Below, one piece after another: positions 47,549-56,051 of a DNA stretch of 64,000 nucleotides (positions within the stretch are counted from its first letter, which is position 1; the number at the start of each line of letters is the position of its first letter). This DNA comes from an uncultured Planctomycetaceae bacterium (GTDB lineage: Bacteria > Planctomycetota > Planctomycetia > Pirellulales > Thermoguttaceae). The notes beneath the pieces are model-generated. The model did no database searches, had not been told where the DNA came from, and worked only from the letters and a program-made list of their open reading frames with translations. The stretch is taken from the NCBI GenBank assembly GCA_964444795.1, contig CAYUIQ010000010.1:8047-72046 (forward strand), read 5' to 3'. The position numbers and the translations under genes were made by a program.

Positions 47549-48094
47549 ATGCAGATTATGCTGCTGGGAGATATGATGGGAACAAAGTCACTCCTCCTCT
47601 CGGGCGCGTCTGGGCCCCTTGAAGAGAAATACACTGCCGTCACTAAGTGCTTCGCAAACTGCTACCGCATGTACCACCTGAGAAGTAGAAGCATGTTCTG
47701 TCTGACGTTCAGCGATTCTGTTATTGTGGTGTGGGATGACTTCAACGAGGGCCGGAGATTCTGCCATCTCTTCGCACGTGCGCTATATCAACAGTTCTCT
47801 ATCGCCCACATAGACGCCAGAGTGTTCGTCGACCAGGGAGATGTTGTTTCCTCTGTTGACAACAGGTTCGGGCTTTACGCTGGCATTGAATCACGCTTCC
47901 TCTCGTTCTCACCGATCTCGTTCGGGGCTTGGTCAGTATTCGGGGGAGAGGAGGCGCATTTTCTTCCGGGAGTGTATGTAGGGGAGGACCTTAGTCGGCA
48001 CCTCTCAGCACCTGTCGGAATGACGTTCTCGAGAGTGTCGTGCATCGTAGGCAAATTTGCATATCGTCGTATGACTGGAGAAGGGATTTTGTAG
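47549..48094 (+). CDS. stand-alone minimal nucleotidyl-cyclase-like (class III cyclase / GGDEF-type palm) protein, tentative
   Basis: ATG 47549 has a strong AGGAGG SD 6 nt upstream that overlaps the upstream stop. The order of motifs matches the cyclase homology domain: IMLLGDMMGTKSL (cf. F.DI.GFT.L), CLTFSDSVIVVW (cf. IGDA.MAVF), IDARVFVDQGDVV (cf. lRiGih.G.vv). The product call is pattern-based only. Confidence 0.55.
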   Translation: MQIMLLGDMMGTKSLLLSGASGPLEEKYTAVTKCFANCYRMYHLRSRSMFCLTFSDSVIVVWDDFNEGRRFCHLFARALYQQFSIAHIDARVFVDQGDVVSSVDNRFGLYAGIESRFLSFSPISFGAWSVFGGEEAHFLPGVYVGEDLSRHLSAPVGMTFSRVSCIVGKFAYRRMTGEGIL

Positions 48095-48122
48095 CAGGAA
48101 GAAGTCAGGCATTCAGCCAGGT

Positions 48123-48145
48123 AAGTCAGGCACTACGTGCCTGAC
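48123..48145. repeat. perfect hairpin AGTCAGGCAC-TAC-GTGCCTGACT
   Basis: 10-bp stem and 3-nt loop in a convergent intergenic region. The core GTCAGGCAC recurs at 48247-48269, with a half-site at 48103-48110. Confidence 0.8.
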
Positions 48146-48246
48146 TCCCCGGGTCATACATGGTATGCTACGGCCATGACTGACTACCAACGCTATTTCG
48201 TCGCGGCCGAAACGTACTCCTTCGCGCTCGTAACGGAGGAACAGGT

Positions 48247-48269
48247 GGTCAGGCACGGAGTGCCTGACC
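48247..48269. repeat. perfect hairpin GGTCAGGCAC-GGA-GTGCCTGACC
   Basis: Second copy of the same hairpin family, 57 nt downstream of the stop of the response-regulator gene. Confidence 0.8.
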
Positions 48270-48325
48270 TACGGCTGAAATCAACGCGTAGCTTCGCCGC
48301 CCGGTGAACTTGGACGTTACACGCG

Positions 48326-49915
48326 TTACGACGCCTTCTCCATCGCCGCCGCGGCGTGGAGCTTGTTGTAGAGCGTTTTGAGGCTGATGCCCAACTGCTG
48401 GGCCGCCTTGGGCTTGCTGCCTTCGTTATCCTCCAGGGCCAGATGGATGGCCCGGATTTCCATCTCGCGCAAGGTCCCCGTGGGCTCGTCCGCGGCAACT
48501 CCCCGCAGCCGGCGGGTGGCGAATCGCTCGGGCAGATCCTCTGGACCGATCGGCAGCCGCTCGCCGAGAATCATCGCGTGCTCGATCACGTTGGCCAGTT
48601 CGCGGACGTTGCCCGGCCAGCAATGATTTGACAGGGCCCCCAGCGCGGCCGGGGTGAAGACCTCCGTTCGGTCGGCTATCTCGGGACGGAATCGGGCGGC
48701 CAGATGCCGGGCCAGCACGCCGATGTCCTCGGGCCGCTGGCGCAACGGCGGCAACTGGATCTCGAACGTATTGACGCGGAACCAGAGATCCTCGCGAAAC
48801 TCCTCCTGCTGGACCATCTCCTCGAGGTTGCGATGCGTGGCACAAACCACCCGCACGTCGCAACGAAACGACTCGTTATCGCCCACGCGCCGAATCTCGC
48901 CGCTTTCCAAGAATCGCAGCAACTTGGCCTGCACGGCCTTGGGCAGTTCGCCGATTTCGTCCAAAAAGAGCGTGCCGCCACTGGCCACTTCGAACAGGCC
49001 CGTGCGATGTTCGTCGGCGCCGGTGAAACTTCCCTTGCGATGGCCGAACAGTTCGCTTTCGATCAGATTCTCGGGCAGACCGCCGCAATTGACGGCGACC
49101 ATCGGGGCGTCGGCCCTGGGCCCGCGGTCGTGCAGCGCCCGGGCGACCAGTTCCTTGCCGGTGCCCGTCTCGCCCAAGATCAGCACGGTCGAATCGGCGG
49201 GAGCCACCTTGGCGATGAGCCGGTCGACGCGTTGCATAGCCGGGCTGTCGCCGATCAGTTCCGAAGTGCCCTCGGCTCGCTCCAATCGCCCCCGGACCGC
49301 CCGGTACTTGTTGGTCAACTCGCGCCGCTCGGCCACGCGCCGCAGCAAAGCTTCCAACTCGGCCAGCCGGCAGGGCTTGGTCAGATAGTCGAACGCCCCA
49401 TGGCGCAGCGCCGCCACGGCCGTTTTCAGCGACGACTTGCCGGTCAGCACGATGCTGTCGGCCTCGGGAGCCAACTCCTTGGCCTTGGCGATCACCTCGA
49501 TGCCACCCATTCCCGGCATGTCCAGATCGACCAGCAGGCAGTCGTACGTATTGCGTTGCATGGCGGCCACGGCGGTCAGCCCGTCGGGACAGACCGTGAC
49601 TTCGTGTCCCATGCGGGGCAGTTCGAGGCTCATCAACTGTTGCAGCGACGGCTCGTCGTCGGCAAACAGGAGCTTGAGTCGGCTAGGCGGCTTGGTACTG
49701 ATTTCTGCTCTCCCTCGGTTCGATTTCCAAAGGCAGCCGAACCCGGAACGTGGCTCCCTGGCCCGGTCCCGAACTGGACGCCTCGATCTCCCCCCCGTGA
49801 TCGGCAACGATGCGATAGCTAATCGACAGCCCCAACCCGGTACCTTGTCCCGAAGGCTGTCCCGAGCGGCGGCGAGTGAAGAACGGCTCGAACAAGTGCT
49901 CCAGCACGTCGGCAT
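48326..49915 (-). CDS. sigma-54-dependent response regulator (NtrC family: REC-AAA+-Fis HTH)
   Basis: REC LLFADDEPSL...DCLLVDLDMPGMGG; AAA+ VLILGETGTGKELVARALH and GSFTGA; C-terminal AAQQLGISLKTLYNKL. The true start is unresolved (see findings); 49915 is the only canonical start in frame. Confidence 0.85.
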   Translation of the reverse strand: MPTCWSTCSSRSSLAAARDSLRDKVPGWGCRLAIASLPITGGRSRRPVRDRAREPRSGFGCLWKSNRGRAEISTKPPSRLKLLFADDEPSLQQLMSLELPRMGHEVTVCPDGLTAVAAMQRNTYDCLLVDLDMPGMGGIEVIAKAKELAPEADSIVLTGKSSLKTAVAALRHGAFDYLTKPCRLAELEALLRRVAERRELTNKYRAVRGRLERAEGTSELIGDSPAMQRVDRLIAKVAPADSTVLILGETGTGKELVARALHDRGPRADAPMVAVNCGGLPENLIESELFGHRKGSFTGADEHRTGLFEVASGGTLFLDEIGELPKAVQAKLLRFLESGEIRRVGDNESFRCDVRVVCATHRNLEEMVQQEEFREDLWFRVNTFEIQLPPLRQRPEDIGVLARHLAARFRPEIADRTEVFTPAALGALSNHCWPGNVRELANVIEHAMILGERLPIGPEDLPERFATRRLRGVAADEPTGTLREMEIRAIHLALEDNEGSKPKAAQQLGISLKTLYNKLHAAAAMEKAS

Positions 49916-51329
49916 CCATGCCGCACCCGTCGTCGGTAAAGATCAACTGGGCCGCTTCGCCGCGGCGCGCCAGTTCGATCCGTACGGTTCCGCCCGCGTC
50001 GAGACTGTCCAGGGCGTTGGTCAACAGGTTGAGCACGACCTGGCGGATCTCTTGCGGGTTGATCGTCGCGACCAGCGGTTCGCCGTCGGCCAAGTCCACG
50101 TTTTTCTGCTGATAGCGGCCGAGATGGGAGACCATCTCGATCACCTCGACCATCAGCCCGCGCAAGTCGACCCGCTGGCGAGTCACCGGTCCGGTTCGCG
50201 AGAAGTCCAACAGCTTCTCGGTAATCTCCTTGCAGCGAAACGCCTCGCTATGGATCATCGCCAGGTAGTCGGCAATGACGGCGTGTCGCGGATCGTCGCT
50301 GGCGATGAATTTCTCGTCGAGCAATTCGCCGACGCGGCCTTGCAGCGATTCGCTGCACATGGCGATCGAAGCCAGGGGATTGTTGATTTCGTGGGCCACG
50401 CCGGCGGCCAGGAACCCCACGCTGGCAAGTTGCTCGTTGCGGATGACTTGCTTGGTTCGCTGGCGGACCTGCTGGTCGAGATCGTCGCGGATCGCGCGGA
50501 ATCGAGTCGTCATGTCGTTCATCGCTCGGGCGAGTTCGCCCATCTCGTCTTCGGCGTCGACGGTGATGCGGTAATCGAACTGGCCGGCCGCGACCCGCCG
50601 CGACCCGCGGATTAGCGTACGCAACGGCCGCAAGACCCACTGAACGGATAGCCGGATGAAGAGCAGGAAGATCAGCGCCGCGGCGATGCTGGCCACCCAC
50701 GCCCCGACGATCAGGGTGCGATACTGGGTGCGGACCCCGGCGGCAAATCCGCCGATCGTGCGATGCAAGTGGCTGGGCAAGTCGGCCCCCAGCGTCTGAA
50801 GTTCTGCCAGTTGTTCATCGACCCGCCGCAGCGTCGTCGCCTGCCCCATCCCATGGTCGGCGCCGATGGTCCTCTCGACCTCGGCCAACGTCGCTTCGAT
50901 CTTGTGGACCGTTTGCCATTCCGGGCGGTTGTCGGCAATTTGTGAATCGTCCCGGACCTTCTGCGCCAGCTTCTCGCGGTATGCCTGGAACGTTTCCCGC
51001 GTGGCCTCGACTTCATCGGCAAACTGTCCGGCGAGCGCTGCGGCCTGATCGATCTCTTGCATCGGCCGGATCTGTTGCCACTGCCGAATCTGGGCCAGCG
51101 TCACCTGCATGTCGGCGACGCGCCGGTTCATCTGGGCCGCCAGCGGAAGCTCCGAACTGCGCCAACTGAGGCTTTTAACCAGACTCCGGTAGGCGTAGAA
51201 GCCGTAGAGCCCCGCGCCGGTCAAGGTGGCCACCACCGCCAGCAAGAGCCAGAAGCCGAGAATGAGCTTATATCGGATGGGCCATTTCGACAGCACGGCG
51301 ACCTCCATGTCGCTCGGTCGATTTCGCAA
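49683..51329 (-). CDS. sensor histidine kinase (2 TM, HAMP, HisKA, HATPase)
   Basis: HAMP LRPLRTLIRGSRRVAAGQFDYRI...MGELARAMNDM; H-box AAGVAHEINNPLASI; G-box GTGLGLSISYRIVADHGG. An alternative ATG is at 51308. Confidence 0.85.
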   Translation of the reverse strand: MRNRPSDMEVAVLSKWPIRYKLILGFWLLLAVVATLTGAGLYGFYAYRSLVKSLSWRSSELPLAAQMNRRVADMQVTLAQIRQWQQIRPMQEIDQAAALAGQFADEVEATRETFQAYREKLAQKVRDDSQIADNRPEWQTVHKIEATLAEVERTIGADHGMGQATTLRRVDEQLAELQTLGADLPSHLHRTIGGFAAGVRTQYRTLIVGAWVASIAAALIFLLFIRLSVQWVLRPLRTLIRGSRRVAAGQFDYRITVDAEDEMGELARAMNDMTTRFRAIRDDLDQQVRQRTKQVIRNEQLASVGFLAAGVAHEINNPLASIAMCSESLQGRVGELLDEKFIASDDPRHAVIADYLAMIHSEAFRCKEITEKLLDFSRTGPVTRQRVDLRGLMVEVIEMVSHLGRYQQKNVDLADGEPLVATINPQEIRQVVLNLLTNALDSLDAGGTVRIELARRGEAAQLIFTDDGCGMDADVLEHLFEPFFTRRRSGQPSGQGTGLGLSISYRIVADHGGEIEASSSGPGQGATFRVRLPLEIEPRESRNQYQAA

Positions 51330-51593
51330 ACCCCTCGGGCATCATCGAGGACCCCGCCGACGGACCATCCTTGGCCGACGCTTCACGGGGCTCGATTATG
51401 GGGAGGCGAGAGTGTACAACGCCGGCTATCGTGGGGCAATACGAAGCAGCTTCAGGATTGTTAATACAGGATGACGGCGGTGCCTAGGGAAAGTCAAAGA
51501 GGGCCTTCAGAGGGGCACTCCGAGGGGCCTCTGCCCGCAAAATCTACGAAATCGCTACAGTTTACCATCAGCGCAGCCGATTCTAAGATCGTT

Positions 51594-52382
51594 ATGTGGT
51601 GTGCCACCTGCGGACAAGATGTGCCTGGAGTTGCGCTGACCGAGTCGGACGGTTTGGGCTGCGCCCGATGTGGGCGCCGGATTGGCCAGCCGTCTTCCGT
51701 GCCCGACGAGACGGCCGGAGACACCGGGGCAACCGGTGCGGATGCGACCGAGGGATCGGCAGCCGATTCGACCGGCTTGGAGCCTCCGCCACGTTGGCGT
51801 TACGATTCGTGGGAGATGGACGAGCAGTTGCGTCACGTTGCCCGGCGGCTGGGCCGCGGGGAACGGGCCGCGGATGAACTCCCCACCTCAGTCGGATCGT
51901 CCGAATCGGACCATAGGTCACCCCTCGCCTGGCACCTGGGCGATGCGACTCGGCGCGCCGACGATCGCTGGGCGCCACGCTCCGGGCGAAGGAGTTTGCT
52001 GGGGCAAGTATTCCTGGGCCTGGGTGTCATGGGGTCGGTTTGCGGCGGCGTTCTGTTGGCCTGGTCGGTCATCGCCGAGCGTAACGAACTGTGGGACGCC
52101 GGGATGCCGATCGCCCTGGTCGGCCAGGCCGCGCTGTTGCTTGCCTTGATTCTGCATCTGGAACGCTTCTGGCGCGATGGCCGTCACGCCGCGGAAAAGC
52201 TCGATCGATTCGAAGGGCAACTCCGCGATCTGCAAACATCCGCCCTACCGGATATGGGGCACGGATTCCCCCGGAACACGCTTCATCGGCAAACCGACTC
52301 GGGGGACGATCCCCAGATGCTGTTGGCCGACCTCAAAGGCCAACTCGAGCAGCTTGCCGTCCAACTCCAGCAGCGCGTATAG
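51594..52382 (+). CDS. hypothetical zinc-ribbon membrane protein
   Basis: MWCATCGQDVPGV...LGCARCGRRIG (CxxC...CxxC), two TM helices near residue 150-210 and a C-terminal coiled coil. The track ORF starts at 51471. Confidence 0.5.
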   Translation: MWCATCGQDVPGVALTESDGLGCARCGRRIGQPSSVPDETAGDTGATGADATEGSAADSTGLEPPPRWRYDSWEMDEQLRHVARRLGRGERAADELPTSVGSSESDHRSPLAWHLGDATRRADDRWAPRSGRRSLLGQVFLGLGVMGSVCGGVLLAWSVIAERNELWDAGMPIALVGQAALLLALILHLERFWRDGRHAAEKLDRFEGQLRDLQTSALPDMGHGFPRNTLHRQTDSGDDPQMLLADLKGQLEQLAVQLQQRV

Positions 52383-52403
52383 CACTAAACGGAGCATTAC
52401 GAA

Positions 52404-53618
52404 GTGGACAAGCCGTCGATCGAGCGCGCCTTCGTCACGCCCACGGTTCTGCTGGCCGCCATGCTGGTGGCATTGGTCGCCCGGGATACGGACCGCCGCC
52501 AGTGGGATTTCAAGATCTACTACCATGCCGCAACGGTCCACGCGGCCGGCTCCAATCCCTACGACGCACCGGCCGACGTCGTCGATCTGCACTACGTCTA
52601 TCCGCCACTGTCGCTCTACGTCTTTCGCCCCTTTACGTTGCTTCAGCCATCGACCGCCTACCATGTGTTTCTGGCGCTGAAGTGCGCCGCGGCGCTCGTG
52701 CTGCTTGGGATCTGGCAGCGGTATTTCTTGAAGGAAGATCGCGGGCCGATCTTCTGGCTGTTTGCCTTGCTGGCGTTTCATTCGGCGGTGGGTTGCGATC
52801 TGGTGGCGGGCAATATCTCGATCTTCGAGCAATTGGCGCTCTGGACGGCCTTTGCCTGCTTCCTCGACGACCGGCCGTTGCCCTTCTGCGGGCTGATCGT
52901 GGCCGTGGCCCTGTTCAAGATCACGCCGATCGTCTTCTTGGTGTTGTTGCCTCTCTCCACGATCCGCCGGCGCTGGGTCTGGCTCGGCGGTTCGCTGGCT
53001 ATCTTCGCGGCGGTTCTGGCGATCCAGTACGTCGCGACACCCCAATTGCTGGCCGACTTCTGGCGGAATGCCTCGGCGTTGGACGAGCGAGGCGCCATCA
53101 ATCCGGCCACGCTGGCCGCCGTGCGCGACGTGACCGAGCGACTGGCCCTGCCATCGGCAACCGCCTGGGCTGCGTGGACCGCGCTGGTCACGGGCGTGGC
53201 GGCGACTTCGTGGTTGGCCTGGCGTAAATTGAGGACCGAGAAGTTCGCCGATCAACGGCAACTACTGCTCTTTCTGACGTGCCTGAGCCTGGTCCTGGTG
53301 ATGCCGCGAATGAAGAACTACTCGTACATCCTGCTGATCGTTCCGTCGTATTACGTGATCGCCCGAACCGCCTCGATCCGCCTGCAAATTCTGCTCTTCG
53401 TTCTCGTGGCCAATCCGGTGACCAGCTTCCTCGGCCAGAAACTACAAACCGGCTCGCCAGTCGCCCAGCGCGGCCTGATGCCGATCGAGTACTACCCGCT
53501 GCTGGCGGCGTACGTGGTGTGGGGTGTGTGCATTGCGAGGATCCTTCGCGGCGACGCGCGCGGATCAACCGATCAGAACCGCAGCAAGATTTCTTCCAGC
53601 GGTCGCTTGGGTACGTGA
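52404..53618 (+). CDS. polytopic membrane protein, DUF2029/GT87-like glycosyltransferase (tentative)
   Basis: GTG start. About 10 TM helices, and an N-terminal RRQWDFKIYYHAATVHAAGSNPYD block typical of the DUF2029 family. Confidence 0.6.
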   Translation: MDKPSIERAFVTPTVLLAAMLVALVARDTDRRQWDFKIYYHAATVHAAGSNPYDAPADVVDLHYVYPPLSLYVFRPFTLLQPSTAYHVFLALKCAAALVLLGIWQRYFLKEDRGPIFWLFALLAFHSAVGCDLVAGNISIFEQLALWTAFACFLDDRPLPFCGLIVAVALFKITPIVFLVLLPLSTIRRRWVWLGGSLAIFAAVLAIQYVATPQLLADFWRNASALDERGAINPATLAAVRDVTERLALPSATAWAAWTALVTGVAATSWLAWRKLRTEKFADQRQLLLFLTCLSLVLVMPRMKNYSYILLIVPSYYVIARTASIRLQILLFVLVANPVTSFLGQKLQTGSPVAQRGLMPIEYYPLLAAYVVWGVCIARILRGDARGSTDQNRSKISSSGRLGT

Positions 53619-54148
53619 TGCACGCCCCCGGCGTCGCGCCAGTAGGGTACGTCATCGGGGCTGCGGCTGTCGTCGAGCACGACCGTTTCATTCGGCTCGC
53701 CCAAGGCCAGCACCAAGAGGATCTTGAATCGCTCGGGAATGTGCAGCGCCTGGCGCAGCGCGGGGCGGTCGATCGATCCGACCATGCATCCACCCAACCC
53801 CTTGGCCACCGCGCCGAGCATCATCGATTGGGCGACGATGCCCGGGTCGGCGTGATACTGCTCGGCAATTTGCGTATCGCCGAGGATCACGATGTAGCCG
53901 GTCGGTCGCTCCCCCGGTGCCGGTCCGGGCCAATCCTCCAGCGCGGCCGCCCAGCGAAGCGTGTCGAACACGCGGGCGTTTTCTTCCGCTTGCCAGGAGA
54001 TCACGTACTTCAGCGGTTGCCGGTTGGCCGCCGCCGGGCAGAGGCGGGTCAGCCCGACGAGTTCGACCAGCGTCGGCTCGTCGATTGCTCGGTCCTCGCG
54101 AAAGCGACGATAACTGCGACTCTTGCGAAGCAACTGGGCAAGTTTCAT
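53573..54148 (-). CDS. nitroreductase family protein
   Basis: MKLAQLLRKSRSYRRFRED..., AAANRQP, and GGCMVGS blocks. ATG at 54148. Confidence 0.85.
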   Translation of the reverse strand: MKLAQLLRKSRSYRRFREDRAIDEPTLVELVGLTRLCPAAANRQPLKYVISWQAEENARVFDTLRWAAALEDWPGPAPGERPTGYIVILGDTQIAEQYHADPGIVAQSMMLGAVAKGLGGCMVGSIDRPALRQALHIPERFKILLVLALGEPNETVVLDDSRSPDDVPYWRDAGGVHHVPKRPLEEILLRF

Positions 54149-54159
54149 GGGGCCCTCTT

Positions 54160-55713
54160 TCACGCCTCGCGTTTCGGCGGGTCGTTCTCGATCCACAGCA
54201 CGAGCACTTGTTGCCGGCCTTGGCGCTCGATCAGTAGCTTGATCGGACCGGGCACGGTCGTGATCCGCTTGAGGAATTGGCGATCGTCGTCGAAATCGTG
54301 GCCGGCCACCTGGTAGATGCGGTCGCCGGCTTTCAAGCCCGCCTGGGCGGCCGGTGAGCGAGGTACCACGCCGCTGATCACGACACTACCTGGAGCGGCC
54401 TCGTCGACCCGCCAGGAGATGCCGATCCGCATGGGATTGCCGACAAGTCGGACGTTCAACTCCCGCGGGTTCGCTTCGGCTTGCCGTTGGATCCGCACGG
54501 CAACCGGGTTCTCGGCCGTGGCCAAAGCGGCCTTCAGGTCGTCGCTACCGTGGATCGGCTTGCCGCCGACTTGCACGACCTGATCGCCAGACCGAATCGC
54601 CGCACGGGCCGCGGGCGAACCTTCGACGATCGCCGTCACCCGCACTCCGTCGCCGGCCGCTTCGTCGGTATTCCACCGGATCCCCAGCCGGTCGCTTCCG
54701 ATGGGTGCGTCGGCCAGAAACTGCTTCTGGGCTTTGACCGTCTCCTTGCGAACCGCTGCGCGAAAGCCGGGAAGTTGCTCGGCGTTGGCCAGTTCGTGGG
54801 CGGTGAGAAAAGCCAGTCGGGAAACGAGCCGCATACCGGCCGGGTCGATGTACTGGGTGTCGTCGGTCGGCTTGTGGTAATGTTCGTGGAAGCCCGTGTG
54901 AAAGGTGACGGCCGGGATGTCACGCTTGACGAACGAAAAATGGTCGGCGTTGGCGACCACGCCCCAGGGAAACTCCAGCGCCAGGCCGATCCCCGTGTTC
55001 TGCTGGCTCAACAACCGTCGCATCCCATAGGCGCTGCGTCCGCCGAAAAAGATCACCCGCTGATCGCGCAAGTGGCCGATCATATCGAGGTTCACCACAA
55101 AGGGGACTTGTGCCAGCGGGACGGTGGGATGGTCCAGCCAGTGCTTCGAGCCCAACAGGCCTTTCTCTTCGGCGTCCCAACCGACAAACAGAATCGTGCG
55201 TCGCGGCGCCTCCGGGAGCATGCAAAACGCCTGGGCCATTTCCAACAGTCCCGAGGTCCCGCTGGCGTTGTCGTCGGCCCCGTTGTGAATCGATGCGACG
55301 ACCCCCGCTTTGTCTTTCTGGGGTCCAAACCCGACGTGGTCGAAGTGGGCCCCGACGAGGATCGTCTCATGCCGAAGTTCGGGATCGCTTCCCGGCAGCA
55401 CGGCCAGCACGTTGCGGTAATCGGAGCCGAAGCATTGATAGTACCCGCCGTCGGCAGCGCCGCCGCGAAGTCCCATCTCGGCCAATCGGGTCTGCAAGTA
55501 CCCGGCCGCCGCGTGGCCACCGGGAGTTCCCGCCTCGCGGCCTTCCCGGGCGTCGTCGGCCAGATAGTCGACGTGTTGCCGCAGTTCGTCGCCGGTGATC
55601 GACTCCAGGGCGGCGGTCAACGCGGAACTCCGTTCGGCCGCCGGTACGGGGCAGAGAATCGTTGCCGACAGCAAAATAGCCGTGGCAAGGAGCACTGGAC
55701 GCATTGGTTTCAT
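54160..55713 (-). CDS. M28-family aminopeptidase with two C-terminal PDZ domains
   Basis: Signal peptide; VGAHFDHVG and HNGADDNASGTSGLLE metal ligands; two PDZ-like segments (VTAIVEGSPAARAAIRSGDQVVQV and ISGVVPRSPAAQAGLKAGDRIYQV). Confidence 0.85.
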   Translation of the reverse strand: MKPMRPVLLATAILLSATILCPVPAAERSSALTAALESITGDELRQHVDYLADDAREGREAGTPGGHAAAGYLQTRLAEMGLRGGAADGGYYQCFGSDYRNVLAVLPGSDPELRHETILVGAHFDHVGFGPQKDKAGVVASIHNGADDNASGTSGLLEMAQAFCMLPEAPRRTILFVGWDAEEKGLLGSKHWLDHPTVPLAQVPFVVNLDMIGHLRDQRVIFFGGRSAYGMRRLLSQQNTGIGLALEFPWGVVANADHFSFVKRDIPAVTFHTGFHEHYHKPTDDTQYIDPAGMRLVSRLAFLTAHELANAEQLPGFRAAVRKETVKAQKQFLADAPIGSDRLGIRWNTDEAAGDGVRVTAIVEGSPAARAAIRSGDQVVQVGGKPIHGSDDLKAALATAENPVAVRIQRQAEANPRELNVRLVGNPMRIGISWRVDEAAPGSVVISGVVPRSPAAQAGLKAGDRIYQVAGHDFDDDRQFLKRITTVPGPIKLLIERQGRQQVLVLWIENDPPKREA

Positions 55714-56051
55714 GGGTATTACTTAGAGGTGGTGCTGAAGTCCCTACTATAACGTACGCACGGGCGGAACGCACCGGCAGAAAAAGACTGCCGCGCCTGG
55801 CCCAAAGTGGGCCGGCCGGCACATTTCCTTCCCGGCCTGGGTGGCCTATCGACAAGTTCCCCGCAGTGCGATAGGCTAAATGGCCGAATAGACGTCATTA
55901 TTGCGCACCCTGGGAGAAAGAGAACCGGTGCGAGCCGTGCGAAGCACCCTTGGGGCTGTTTTGGCACAGGATACTCGCCCCGGTTTTCATCGCCTCCGTA
56001 CGAGGGGTGCCGTGCCAGCCGATTCGAGGCCTATTGCGAAAGGGAAACTTC

